This document shows, in pieces, positions 12,440-25,500 of a stretch of 64,000 bases of DNA. The stretch comes from Bugula neritina (lineage: Eukaryota > Animalia > Bryozoa). Location: the NCBI GenBank assembly GCA_964035545.1, contig OZ037766.1:6934722-6998721 (forward strand), given 5' to 3'. Position 1 is the first letter of the stretch. Every line of letters starts with the position of its first letter. A program made the translations under genes and the position numbers. The notes beneath the pieces are model-generated. The model ran no database searches. It had not been told where the DNA came from and saw nothing but the letters and a program-made list of their open reading frames with translations.

Positions 12440-15400
12440 TTATAAAACGCTGGTCTTCATATTATCAAACTCATCTTCGGATACCTCTATTTTAAGAGAA
12501 GTATCAAGTGCCGAGTCACGCGTCTTTTCGCTACCGGCAGCTACAGATAACTGGCCGGGGTCATCACCTAAAGTTTCATTGTTTTGTAGGTTCATATTAC
12601 TTGTTTCTGGAGTTGTCTCTACAACCTGACAACTTTCAGGGACTTCCTTTAGTCTAGAATCATTAGCTGGTGTTTGAGTATAGCTCTCTTTTGAATACCT
12701 CTTCTCTTCATCGTGTTTGATGACTGGATGCTGGTCACTTATTCGAACTTTACGCTCCACGGGTGAATAACCTGTCACCGGTTCATCTGTTCTGGGCAGC
12801 TTTCTGTAGCCAGCCTGATCTGCAGTATCAGGAGGGAAATCGCTCTGATCTGAGGCCGTAAACAAGGGCTTCTTTTGAACGGAGAGGTCGATATCTACAA
12901 AACATAATGTCATGAGCAAAGCGGAACTAGTAACATGCTGTGCATGTAATGGCCCATGCAAATGTCAACTGTTAACTATTACTGCCTGTTCAATGCATTA
13001 TACACGCTGATACATTATACAGACCACAATTTATATCAATTAGCTTTTATCAAAAGTGTGACAATTATAAATATATAAATATGTGGTTTATAAATTATAA
13101 ATAATAATATATGAATATACAATATTTTTTACAATAATCAGATATAAATCTTAAATGCTGTTGTTTCGCATTTTTTTTACAAACTCATTGATTAAATTAA
13201 AAACAAAATAATTAGACCTACATGGTTCAATATTTTATTGATATTCCAACATAAGGAGCCCGGCAAAATATTAAAAACTGGTCCAATCTTGACAAGTCTT
13301 ATAAAAAGATAACCCAGTCTACTAGCTCTGTTGATAGAAATCATAGTTAAACTGTTTGCTGCACGTTAATTTCTTGTATTTTCATAAATTGTTTGCTATG
13401 TGCACCACCACATCCACTTGAATTATAAATTAAAATTTATAATCAATCAAAATATTAACCTGAAATCTAGTTCAATTAAATTCAGTCTGAATATTGAGTA
13501 GGTTGATCACATGACCTGACGATTTACACTCTACTAGTCCTACTATGAGTCAGTCTCACTGTGCAGTAGACTAGCAATGAGTTGTACTCACCGTCTACTC
13601 TATTACTCCCACTACAACTGACTGCCTCATAGCCGACATCTTCATATAGCTTCACTGGCTTATTAGCTGCCTGTACAGTAATATATCTGCCATCTTCCTG
13701 TGCAGGTAAAAACTTGTCCCCTTCCAAGGCATCTCCATCACCTCTCTCAACAGCCACCACTTGGGTAGGCGTGTTGGCCATTACCAAACATACGCTGTAA
13801 CAGAACACAAACATAAAAGCACCCAACTTAAAGGTAGCCATTTTTCAAGTTGTGCAATTACAGTTGATGACAGAACTTGTAGTCACTTGGTTATTAATAC
13901 TGTCAAAACATTTTCTGACACACCATTGTTTCAAGTGTCAGCCATAATTTGTGATGAAATAGGCCAGTAGAGTTGCATTTATATCACACTGCATATTATC
14001 ATGTAAGTTAGTAGAACTATCAACTAGTACAGCCAATGAAACCTCACCTGCATCTCCTCTGAACACAGAATACAGTAAGTGACAGTAGAATAGAGAATAT
14101 TAGAGAGCATATCACAGCTATAGCAGCTACTTCGGGATCTACAGGCATGTCATGTAATAGAATAGAACATAGCAAGAGTGAACAAATCCAACTACTCACA
14201 CTAATATAGGAGAAAGTGAAACTTTTTTCCCCTCTCATGAACAATTAGCAAAAAGTGTAATGCTTGTGATATTTAAAGCAACAGCCATTAAATTAATGAG
14301 AAAACAACTTTCGGATTCCCTACGCATAGGGGTAACTGTAGGCCCTATACTCTTGAAGGTAAAAAAGCTGCAAAATCAAATATTTCCAACATCAAATAAA
14401 CCAATCGTAGGTTAAAATAAATTTCCTAAAAAGATAGCCCCATGTCAGCAGTTAGCAGGTATTATGAGTATAGCCAGAATCAATAGTAAAGAGTGAACGA
14501 TTTTACTGTTGTATTAGGGTTTACTAAGGAGGTTAAATAGATATATAGTAGCCCAGTTACCAAAACCAAATTATAAGTTAGTGAAGTAGGAAAAGGAAAT
14601 ATAACTAAAAAGCACAATTCAGCTATGATTTAAAGAAACTTTCTACAATGAAAAATCATACCTGACAAATCATCAGTATTTCTTTTACGTTCTTTTAACT
14701 TATCACCATCTACAAGTGTCAGTTCTAAAATATATTAATATGGCTGCATAGCTTCAGTCCCATTATCACTCTAAAGCTATGGCTATACTAGCCAGCTGTA
14801 CTCATGCTATCATGAAATCTAAGTCTACGTTATTCTAACCTGATACTCATTTCTCACGATCAAAAATAAAGCCATGTTAACAAGCTAACTGAAAAAGAGT
14901 AAAGCAGAAAGTAAAGGGAGCAGCTGTATTATAACTCAGTATAAATTTGGGGAATTAATGGAGCAGCCGTGGTCTAGATGTTAGAGCTCTGGCTTAGTAA
15001 ATTAGAGGTCATGGGTTTGATTCCCAGTGAAGGCCGCTGGAAATGTTAGGAAGAGCATTTGGTCCCAATTGCCCCTGTGCCACATGTATATAAATAAGTG
15101 TTTCCATCAGCGGTTTCTCACAAGGATAGTTACTATAAACTTGCATGAGTTTATAAATTTGGGGGATTAAATGGCAATTTTAATATCTACTGATAGCATC
15201 TATCTTGAAGGTCAAAGTGCAAACAACACATATTCACGGGCTTTCCATGTACCGATCTCAGATCGATCTCAACAAGATCGATTTGAGAAATGTGCTCAGA
15301 TCTATCGTTTTTCCATGAGAGTGTCAGATCGATCTCGCGAAGTTGCCTCCTCCTAAGTGAAGGATACTTCAAAAGTATAATTTGTTCACCTATTTGAGTG

Positions 15401-18400
15401 AAAAAAGCTACTACTGTTGAAAACAAGATGGTTGTAGTCTAAAATTTAATCCCAGCTATAAACTATACGCAGCAAAGCTTTCAGTGTATGGTAATTTGGC
15501 CAATTTAAAATAATTAATTTTAATTTTTTAGCTTGACAGCTTATATAAAATTAATGGCCGTCTTGCAGATTTTTAATAAACTCACAGGACTGTTAGGCTT
15601 AAAATTACAAAGAAAATAGCTAATGAAACTAAGTCTTGATAGTCATTTAAATTCAATTTAAATTCTCCCATTTTTTACCTTCTACTGCATATAATTGAGT
15701 TTTCTTAATCATTGTACTGAAAGTCAAAGTTTTGGCATCTGAAAAGGTGGCTATCATAATTATTTAATACTTTGCTTAGTAATTATCAATGAGTTATCAT
15801 TTTTATTAGCAGACAACATTGTAGCGCGCAGTCTTTTTTTACTTCTCAGATCGATCTGGCGTCTTTCCATGGTCTTATTGACATGAGATCGATCTGAGTT
15901 CGAGCTCCACAGACCGACCAGCTCAGATCGACGGAGATCGATGTTTGGCGTCTTTCCATGGATCGATCTCGCTAAGATCGATCTGAGATCGGTACATGGA
16001 AAGCCGGTGATTAACTGAAGGTCAGGTTATTTGCTGGACTAAACTTCAAGTGTTGTTGATTCAACTGACAATATTGCATAACTTGTTGCCCTCCGTAAGC
16101 TGATTGGATTTTTTAATCTTACCAATAAAACTTGAACATTGAGACAGTAACTTGATTTAAAATAACAAAACATGAGAGATTAAAGGTCACAAACAGCTGG
16201 TGAGGCAGTCATGTGAAAATCCAACAGCACTTAATAATCAATCAATAGAGTCACAAGGCCATCACTAAGTATGTGATAGAACATAGATTAAATCAAAGTA
16301 ACTAATCCAAACAATTAAACATAATACCCATAATCTGAACAGAAACTGAATAATCTGAACAGATAAACAAGGATGGGAATGTAGCTAAAGTAGCCACACC
16401 ATTGAACTTAAACTTTCTTTTAGTTGGTCACACTTGTTATAGATGTTTAAAAAATTACAAAGTTCAACAGCTAAACAAATAACAACAAAACAATAAATTA
16501 CTTGGCTCTGTCATAAGAGGGGCATCTTTCACAATATTTAGTAGCTCTATATTATAAGAGAAAGAGTTGTATATATTTGAACCTGGTTTTATCACTACAT
16601 CAAGTTTCTAAAGCTATATAGACCTACTGTGCAAAGCGCAATTATTTTCGTGTCTTTTTTACTAAATAGGTAGTGAATAACACAATGCCTAACTGGCATA
16701 AATGGTGCTATTTTTATACTTGACTATTTCAATTGGCTAAAACCTACCCAGTTAGTATATAGCAATGTACACAGGTATATGTAGTTATATTAATAGTATA
16801 CTGATATAAATGGCAATTTAAGATTTCTCAGTACTATTAATACCATACATATTAACTTGCCATATCCTGTGCATCTATTTAACAATATACTAGCAGTTGG
16901 GCTGATTATTATGAAGAGCCCACATCTCTATTGTAAGCAAATATAATTACTATGCCACAAAGGGACGCTGTCACATGGCATTATCACATGAGGGTGAATC
17001 AACTTGTCCATAGCAGATAAATCTATCTGATTGCCAATAAACTAATTGACTATGAACGCAATCATAACTAGCATATGTATTTAAAGTTGGCAGTCAAGTG
17101 GTAAATTCTACAATAATGGATATAGTTGGAATAAGAGGGAAGTTCCATCATATTGGCTGGCAGATTACAATGCCCAGTAGCTAGTGTTGGACATTGTAAT
17201 CTGTGCTTGCCTACAGATATGAGATAAACTTGCTACTACAGCAAACATTAACACATAGTAGATAATGATTGTAATAAGTGAAGTATATTACATGGTGTTA
17301 CTAGGGCCTAGCAACTCAATTATGTTATTTACTTTGTAAACCTGCAAGAAGTGGCCAATACCTATTGCAGTCAGGATTGAAGGAGAAAATGTAACAAACA
17401 AAATAAAAAAATTTACTTCCTAATATTTACTGTTACTATAACTAATATGCTGGGTTACACAACCAACAAACACCATAATTCATTAGATAACCAGTATGAT
17501 AGATTTATAGTATAGACTATAGTGACTTTAGCAAAGACAGAAGGAAGGATATAAGGAAATAGTATAATTATTATATTACACTTTATATACAACCTACATA
17601 ATATATTATACTCTTAACTGGACTATGAACTACAAAATCATGAAAAATCAAAGTGAAAATAGAAGAGGAACTAAAATTTCAAATTCTTTGCAGCTGAAGG
17701 CTTTCAGCTGCAAAGAATTTCAGTCTTTAAGTGACATTTACAGACTTATAGTAATAAGTAATAATATATTATATAATAATTGTTTTTACCTTCACAGACC
17801 TCCGTGACATGAGTCTTTTCTACCTCCCTACAACAGAGAATATTGTTGAGATTTGTAATTTTAAGTAACGTCATTATTAAACCTGGTAAGTTCATCATTG
17901 AGGAAATGATACTAGCTAGCTTACAACCTTTACAGCAATAGTAAAGTGCAGCTTTTACAAAGTGGTGCTTCGTATCTATCCACAACATAATACGACTAAG
18001 GTTTAGGACCTAGTACTGTAAACACCGTCCCGATTTTCATAAAAAAAAACCCTGATGACTGACAATTCAAACCTAAATAGGTATAAAGCTTTCAGATTTA
18101 ATTATAAATGAAAAAAAAAACAAAAACAGCATTGTCTGCCATAACCAACTGACCTTCAAAAGATTGAGCTAACAGCTCACTACCCAGCCCACATTCAACA
18201 CAAAATTTCCACAATAAACAAGCATATTACATATAATTTTAAGAAAATGACCAGTAAATTGTATAAGTTTTTTTTATACATTGAAAAACAATTCAATGCT
18301 GGGCCCAGCCAACCCAAGAGCGCTTGAAATTATTCAGATCAATCAAAATACAAGTTGTCCTTGACTCAACAACTTGCATTGACTTGATTGGTAAACTTTT

Positions 18401-20354
18401 ACCAAATTGTACGAGTCTTTGAAACATAAGTAAAAGATGTCCCAATGCATTCATTTTCTCTTAAATTTTAATAAAGTTAAGTGGAAAGAAACATGATAAC
18501 AAATTACTAGATTTTTTCAAGTGCAAATGAGTTAATTAACCTTTTTTTGAGGGAGGAAGTACATAATTACCGAACTTGTAACAAAATACTAGTTTTAATT
18601 ACACTAACAGTAGAACTATTGAATAAAAATGACAAAAAAAACTCAACTACTTATAATAGTTTATATTTTGATGGTTGCTGGCCTAAAACTAAGCTTTGCT
18701 ATTTTTAAATAAGTGCCTAATGATTATTATAGAAGATGGCTGGAGACTACAGAGTGGCATGCATTAAATATATTCCACATCTCTTGATTTATTACAGTCA
18801 AAGCAACATAAAGTATAGATAGGACAGTTAAACATGACTCAGACTTGAACTCATTGCGAGACCATACCCGGACTTGAGTCGAATGTTTTGTTTGCAGCAT
18901 GACCTGACTCGATATGACTACAATTTGATCTAACTTTACTCAGCTTCAGCACACTTCTGGAAAATGTGAACATAATGGTGTTCATATTCACAGCTAATAG
19001 CACTGGTTAAACTTTATATTGTACTTTACAGTTCAAAGTAGAAGGTGCTTTAGTATTTGTACAAAACAGCCTAAAACACGAGTAAGCCTACTATGGCGCC
19101 ATTCTCCATTGCTATTATTGATACATCTACAAAGTACAGCTAACTTATTATGGGCGTCATTTTGCATTTGAATATCTTCCAATCAAATGACAACCACTGA
19201 GCAAGTATTACCTGGGAATTACTTTAGACCTAAAGGGCAGTTTATGCACAGACAAATACTAGGTGACACATGATTAATGGTGAGTGATAGGTTACTGGTA
19301 TTTGACATAATATATATTTAGAGTACTAGTTATCATCAGTATCATCATGAGTTCAATCTCACATTATACTACATGTCACTTTACACCACACTATATCTCA
19401 CTTTATACTACATCTAACACCACACTACATCTTACTCTACACTGAAAAACTTGACTAGCTACACCCAATCAGTATCCCAGTTTGACCATTAGTCATAAGA
19501 ATATATACTTATTTTAGCATCCAAGTTGCTAATGATGTTGAATAATGTTTGAATTCTTTCAGTTGCAGAGATGATAAAATAGTGGTTAGTATAACTATAA
19601 ACCTGGACAGACTTAGCACCGAAATTAAAAGCTAAGGAAATCGCCCTGGAATTCAAGTTCGAACATGGCTTAATGATTGGCTCTAGTCAAGCATTGATGT
19701 CCAAACTGATTTTGCTAGGGCAAAATTTATTGAAGTACCCTATGGTCTCCAACAACGAAAACACTCAGACATTTGCTGCCCATTGTGTAATGTTATAATC
19801 TATGGCAACTCGCCAACTTACTGTAGGCTAACCAATGCTTTCCCCTCTATTGTTGGCACTTACCTAGTGACATTACAGTAGCAGTTTCCCCAGGCTAGAC
19901 AATAGACACTGCTGAATACAGCACACCACTCCTCCTTAGTTTCATTAACAACAATGATGGTAGTCTCATTGTGACAATTGCTGGTTGTCTTAGTTCTAAG
20001 ACCATCTGCTGCACCAGTTCTGCAGAAATCACATTACTATTAATACACCAACAACATTTTTTTAAAGCTATTGGAAACTTAATAAAGTTTTTACTATACC
20101 TACTTACTATATTGGGTTAGTTGATAAACATTCTTATTATTATCCAAATAACTGCTTCACAAATTGCTTGTGTTTGACTGAACTTTTTTTAATAAACATC
20201 ATAATACATATAGGAGTAAATAATCCCATATGTAAGAAAGCTATAGCATGAATAATATATAAGAAAATACTCACATTGCTACCAAAACTATCAGGGAGGT
20301 CACCAGCAAAACTTTAAATGTCAAACTTTGCCAATTCAACTGAACTTTCAACAT
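12440..20354 (-). CDS. Unidentified type I single-pass membrane protein (signal peptide, Cys-rich ectodomain, long disordered cytoplasmic tail)
   Basis: ATG 20354 gives the signal-like MLKVQLNWQSLTFKVLLVTSLIVLVA. Cys-rich exons at ~20021-19864 (CHNETT..WCAVFSSVYCLAWGNCYCNVT), ~19126-19092 (CINNSNGEWRH) and ~17974-17780 (YYCCKG..VCE). Further exons at 14724-14662, TM exon ~14138-14048 (AAIAVICSLIFSILLSLTVFCVQRR), ~13794-13592 and last exon 12894-12440 ending KTSVL*. Several middle junctions are unresolved. Confidence 0.65.
14959..15151 (+). mobile_element. tRNA-derived SINE, full length, with 19-bp TSD
   Basis: A box (TGGTCTAGATG), B box (GGTTTGATTCCC), shared core TGTTAGGAAGAGCAT and 3' end CTATAAACTTGCATGAGTT. 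Flanked by TATAAATTTGGGGAATTAA (14940-14958) and TATAAATTTGGGGGATTAA (15152-15170). Confidence 0.88.
15235..16009. mobile_element. Non-autonomous DNA transposon (MITE), CAC...GTG termini, 3-bp ATT TSD; possibly CMC (CACTA/Chapaev) superfamily
   Basis: Left end CACGGGCTTTCCATGTACCGATCTCAGATCGATCT versus reverse complement of right end CACCGGCTTTCCATGTACCGATCTCAGATCGATCT (34/35). ATT lies on both flanks, and there are many subterminal AGATCGATCT palindromes. Superfamily is an inference. Confidence 0.88.
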
Positions 20355-21669
20355 AATTATACTCCAGACTTAATCTGCAAAGAGAGCTCAATGTTTCAAC
20401 ATAAAAAGTAAATATATTATGCATTAGCTGCATATAATTTTCATTTAAGATATACCAACCAAATAATAGAAATTAGAAAATAGTATTAGTTGTATGCATA
20501 ACTTTAAGTTTAACTTGAAGTTTAAGTTTTAAATTACTATTAATTTTCAACTGCAAGTATCAACTTCAAGTCTTCAACTTAGAGTTAAACTACTACTACT
20601 GTACTTGCAACTAAACTTAAACTTAAACTTAAAGCCTATGCACACTTGGAGCATCTTATCACAGTGCTACAACTTATACTTATAGTAATACTATTATAGT
20701 ATACGTAATAATAATATTCACAATATTCATAATATTACAGCAATCCACAAACTTGACTTCGAGGGTAAGTAGTACTACTAGTATTACTGATAGAAAGCGT
20801 AGAAATTCTAAAATATCATAGCCCAAGTAAAGTTATTAATTTAGCGAATGATATTTTACTATCAGTTCAAGGTCGACCTACATTGATGTCTAGCGAATGG
20901 AATGATTACGCATCTAGACTTTAGGCCTTATACCAGAAGTGATATACAAAAACTGTAGAACGAGTTATGATTTGAAAAATCATTTTCATTTTACAAGACC
21001 ATATTTAATAGTCAAAATGATTATAAAATAGGCAAGAATTTATCGTTATTGTTATTAGCATTAACTGCAAGGAGACAAACATATATTGAACTTAAAGCTG
21101 TGATAGTCATAGTGATAGTAAGTGTTTCAATTCGTTTAATTTACGCTTTGAGTTTGTCTCATTCTCATCTTGACCTGAGCCTCAGTTTTATTTTGAATTA
21201 CTGTTATTGATACAAGATCAAGCTGGAATTGGTATCTATTGACATACCTGAAAAAAAAAATCAAGTGAGTAATAGTAATATTTGGAAGTGTTAGACTAAG
21301 AATTAAAAAGTAAAGGTAGTGCTGCAGTAGTGATACTCATACTCATACTCATAGTCATACTGATAGTGATATTCATAGTCATGATGTACATACTGATTCA
21401 CTATTCAGTCATTTACTGATTTGGTGAAAAAGTATCACTCTCATTTATTACTTGTTAGTATCAGTATGACTATGAGTATCTAGTTAACAAGTCACTCGAC
21501 TCATCGGTAGTGAGTTACACTTACTCAAATTAACTGACAGTGTTTTCAATCATGTAAAATTTTTTACAATTTGATGATTTAAATTTGTTTTAATAGTTGT
21601 TTGGAATTTGATTTTTAACATTTGATACTTGCAATAAGGAATAATAATATTAATAATAATAATAATATT

Positions 21670-21880
21670 AACCGAACCCCAAACTCAAACCCCCATCCCA
21701 AATCTAAACCCACCCTTCCAAACCCCTAACCCCCACCTCAAACCCTAATATTGAAATGTGCCATTTTACCTACTTTGCCATTTGTGCCATTATTACCAGT
21801 GCCATTATTACTTATGCCATTTTACTGTGCCATTTTTTGTGCCATTTTTACTGTGTCATTTTTACCCTTTTACCATTCTG
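21670..21880. repeat. Degenerate AAACCC(T)-rich tract followed by tandem TGCCATT(T/A)TTAC units; probable old repeat-element fragment
   Basis: C-rich AACCCTAA-like units at 21670-21750, then ~9 imperfect GTGCCATTTTAC units. Confidence 0.6.
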
Positions 21881-22537
21881 AAGATACTAAACTTATCAAC
21901 TCAATTTTAAGCTGAATAGTGATTTATAGCATTGCACAAGATGCCTTAATAATTAAAGTCTAATTCTTTTTTTGTAAACTGACACTGTTTTGTTTATATT
22001 AAGCACGACTTTATCAGCTTTTTTGCTTTTTCAATTTTTATGTATCTTAGTTCAGCATGAAGAGTAGCCATATAAATTAATTGAATATAAGTATAAAAGT
22101 TGTGTGTTTGTGAATTCAGAATTGCATGCAACTTTACTTGTTGAAGTATTTTACAAGGATGTAGAGCACTGACAATACTAGGTTTTGATTTGAGGTTTCT
22201 TTAAAGGCTTGGGTTATATTAGTGCTGATATTAATGTGCATACTTTCAATAAGTAAATTACTAGTGAAATTTATGTCTGTTATTGATAATTATATTTTGG
22301 ACATCTCAGACATATGAATTGTATTTAAAGGCTTTCAATAATCGGTGGATAATTCTGTAATAATTTGGTAAGGCTATGGTAATAATTCCATATTACAGAA
22401 TTTCAAAGATATTGGTAATATGCAATAGCAATGATGTTCCATGCTGTAATTTCAGGTCATGTAGCTTCTAACAACCAGCATATTTAAGGGACAAACTGCA
22501 ATATTTCAAGGTGCAATTGAAGAAATACTCTACAGCA

Positions 22538-25500
22538 ATGGCTCCTCACAACATAGTCACAGTAAGTGCTACCCTCTCTATAGTTTAGCTAAAAATACTT
22601 TAATAATAAAGTATTAAACAGTATTAAAACCTCAAATTTTTATCAATCTTTTTAAAATTAATTTTATCAAAATCTATTTTGTTTTGCAGTATTGTCATTC
22701 AAATTTTTGATTAATATTTGCAGTTTCTTAACATGATTCAATTTTTACCTTTCACAGTGGTTGACAGGTATCTTTGAAAAAATTAATGAATTATTTTAGT
22801 GTGGGTTCTAGCGGGCATGTAATAGTTGTGGTAACTTGGTAGTTTTTAGCTCTTACTAGCCTTTTCTATATAGTTTTCTTTTGGTAGAAATAATAAAGCA
22901 TAGCAAATAGCTAACTACCAAAACATAATTGATTACGCGAAAAGTAGTGATATTCGTACTACTTTTTATGCAGTTAACTATTTGTGGTTTTATATTCAAT
23001 TCTGTGTATTCCATCTGCCTTTAGATATATAAGGAGTGGGTGAACTCTATCTTATGTGAGTGTGGCTTACAGATCCAGAGTATTAGTCAACTTAATACTC
23101 ACAACCTTCTACTCAAACTGTATGAACTACTCACAAACTACCAGGTATTAGAATATTTATTGTATTAGAGACTGCATGCAGAGTCTTAGTCTATTTTCTA
23201 TCTTTAGTATGTACTGAAATAAAATCAGAAATGGTTTTATTTGATAATTTTACATTTTGGTAATAATCAAAATGTGAGCTATATAAATATTGAAATGTGC
23301 AAATCTTTTAAATTTTTTTGTTGCATGTGGTATGACCAAAATATTGCTGTTGTATTCTCAACTTGAGGTTTTAACAATTTTCTTTCTAAACTCAGTAATA
23401 CCACCAGTCAATAAGTAGGTCAGTGATATTAACACAGCTGTTGATAGGAGACATTGTGATGTGAATCTCCTCTGTCAACTGACCACAGAGTGTGCATCAT
23501 TGTAACTGGAATAGACAATTTCGTTTTGGTTGAAGTGAGATAACTTCGTAAAAAGTATCAAATCAATAAGGTGGAATACATGTAGATTGCTCTCCAAAAC
23601 TTTGGAGTTGTCTTCTTAAAAGTTATTTAGGAGTTAGCTTCCTTTTCTTAGTGTAATTTGTATATTAATCACCAGCTGATTGCTCATCATTCTGCCACTT
23701 ATTTTAAATACTACGATATGCATATTTTGTAGAAATATCTAATCCTTATATAAATCTTTCTAAAATTTCACTAAAATATTAATTGAAACAAATCAAACTC
23801 TCTGTTTCATATAATAAATATACGGCTAGGCTAGCAGCAAGCATTATTAGAGCAACTAGTTTTAAATTTAAAATGCTTAAAAATATTTTAAAAACCAAAT
23901 AACCATTTTACCAGTGAAAATACTATTTAAAAACTCATCACTTCTATTGTGTCATCTCATAATAACCAAGTAACATCAGTAACACCCTAATAACTTTTCA
24001 CTGGACTGTTTGGTATTATATTGTTATATCATTTGTATAAATGACATCTTTCATTTGTCATATATTGGCCACTAGCTACTGTTTAAAGCATGCTTCTATT
24101 AAATCTTGTATATCCTGTACTCACCTGCTATTATTTCTTACTCGCACTATTTATATTACTGCAAGTGCACCAGTTTCCAGAGACAGGCTTTAGCTTGGAA
24201 AATAAGTTTTATTGACGCTATCTTATTAATTGTTGTCATCAGTCATTATTAAAGCATGAAAGATACAGAAAATTTTTGAATAATTTATGGATTAATTTAT
24301 GTAATTTGTGTCACTTTTCATGTGCAAAGTTTAAACTTTGCATGCATACTTTTAAGTTTGACATTTTCACACTCAATTAAAGTAGGATAATAGCAAGTGG
24401 AGTTGAGGTGCCTAAAATACACACACACTTGCAATTTATTATTCTAGTTTATAAAACAAGTGTTGCTCGTAGAGGCATTGTATTTGCCAAGTAGCTTGAT
24501 GCTTGTGACAGCTTATTGTTGTCTCAATTTTGAATCCAGATAATTGCTAACTGCAATTGTTAGCAACCAGCCTGCTTTGATTAGAAATATATTAAAATTG
24601 TTTCAATAGGTGTTGTTTATAATATAATACCCTTTAAGTTATGATGGAAATTTATTTGAGAAGTTTAATGATAAAATATATAAAATCGAGATACAGACTG
24701 TACTTATATGTAGTTATTATTCAAAATTCAGACCAAGTATTAAATTTTCACTCAAAAATGTCAGGTTTTTGACATGTTGGAGGTATTCTATATCAGTTTC
24801 AATGTTTTCATGGCACAGGAGCAAAAGTCTTGGATGCCTTTTCTTGTACTGATAAATTAAACCCACTAATAAAAATTTAATACAATATTATAAAATCTTT
24901 TCTGTAGCACCCAGCAGATTGAATTTTAAGAAATTATTAATTATAACCCAATACTGTTTGTATCTAGATAACAAATATCCAATAAATTGCCGATATTAAA
25001 CGTGATTTTTTTCATGTTTACATTAGCTGTAACTTTGCAACTTTTAGTAGCATTGTTTACGTTCTTTTGATTTGTAAATGCTTGCTCTTCAAATGAGCTT
25101 CTGTACAGTCAACTCCTGAAGTTGCTTTCATTGATCAGGGATGACTATTTTTCCACACTTGAAATTTCAATTTTTTTTCTTTATCGCGTCATGCCAAGCT
25201 ATATCAGTTAGATATATTTTTACATCTTTATCTGAATAATAATTTTAGTAAAATATTTTTATAGACATTCTGGGTTTCTTTTTTAATAACTCTGATATAT
25301 AATCATGCTGTGGCTATTTCAAAACTTCTTATTCCATGTGTTCATTAGTTTAACCAAACAGTTAATACAAATCAACTGTCTTCAATTCATAGTTGGGTTG
25401 CAAACAACTGCAAAACTCTTGTCATACAAGTTATTATGGACTTTCACTGTACTGCTCTTTTCTAAAGCAATAATCGTTTTTAAAATTAATAAATCCCTGC

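Noticed and set aside
17786-17827. GGRKDSCHGG resembling a trypsin active-site motif
   Set aside because: It lacks DSGGP, ends in a stop, and no other protease motifs are nearby; a chance reading of another frame.
21690-21750. Telomere-like AACCCT tract
   Set aside because: Too short and degenerate for a telomeric array; treated as an old repeat fragment.
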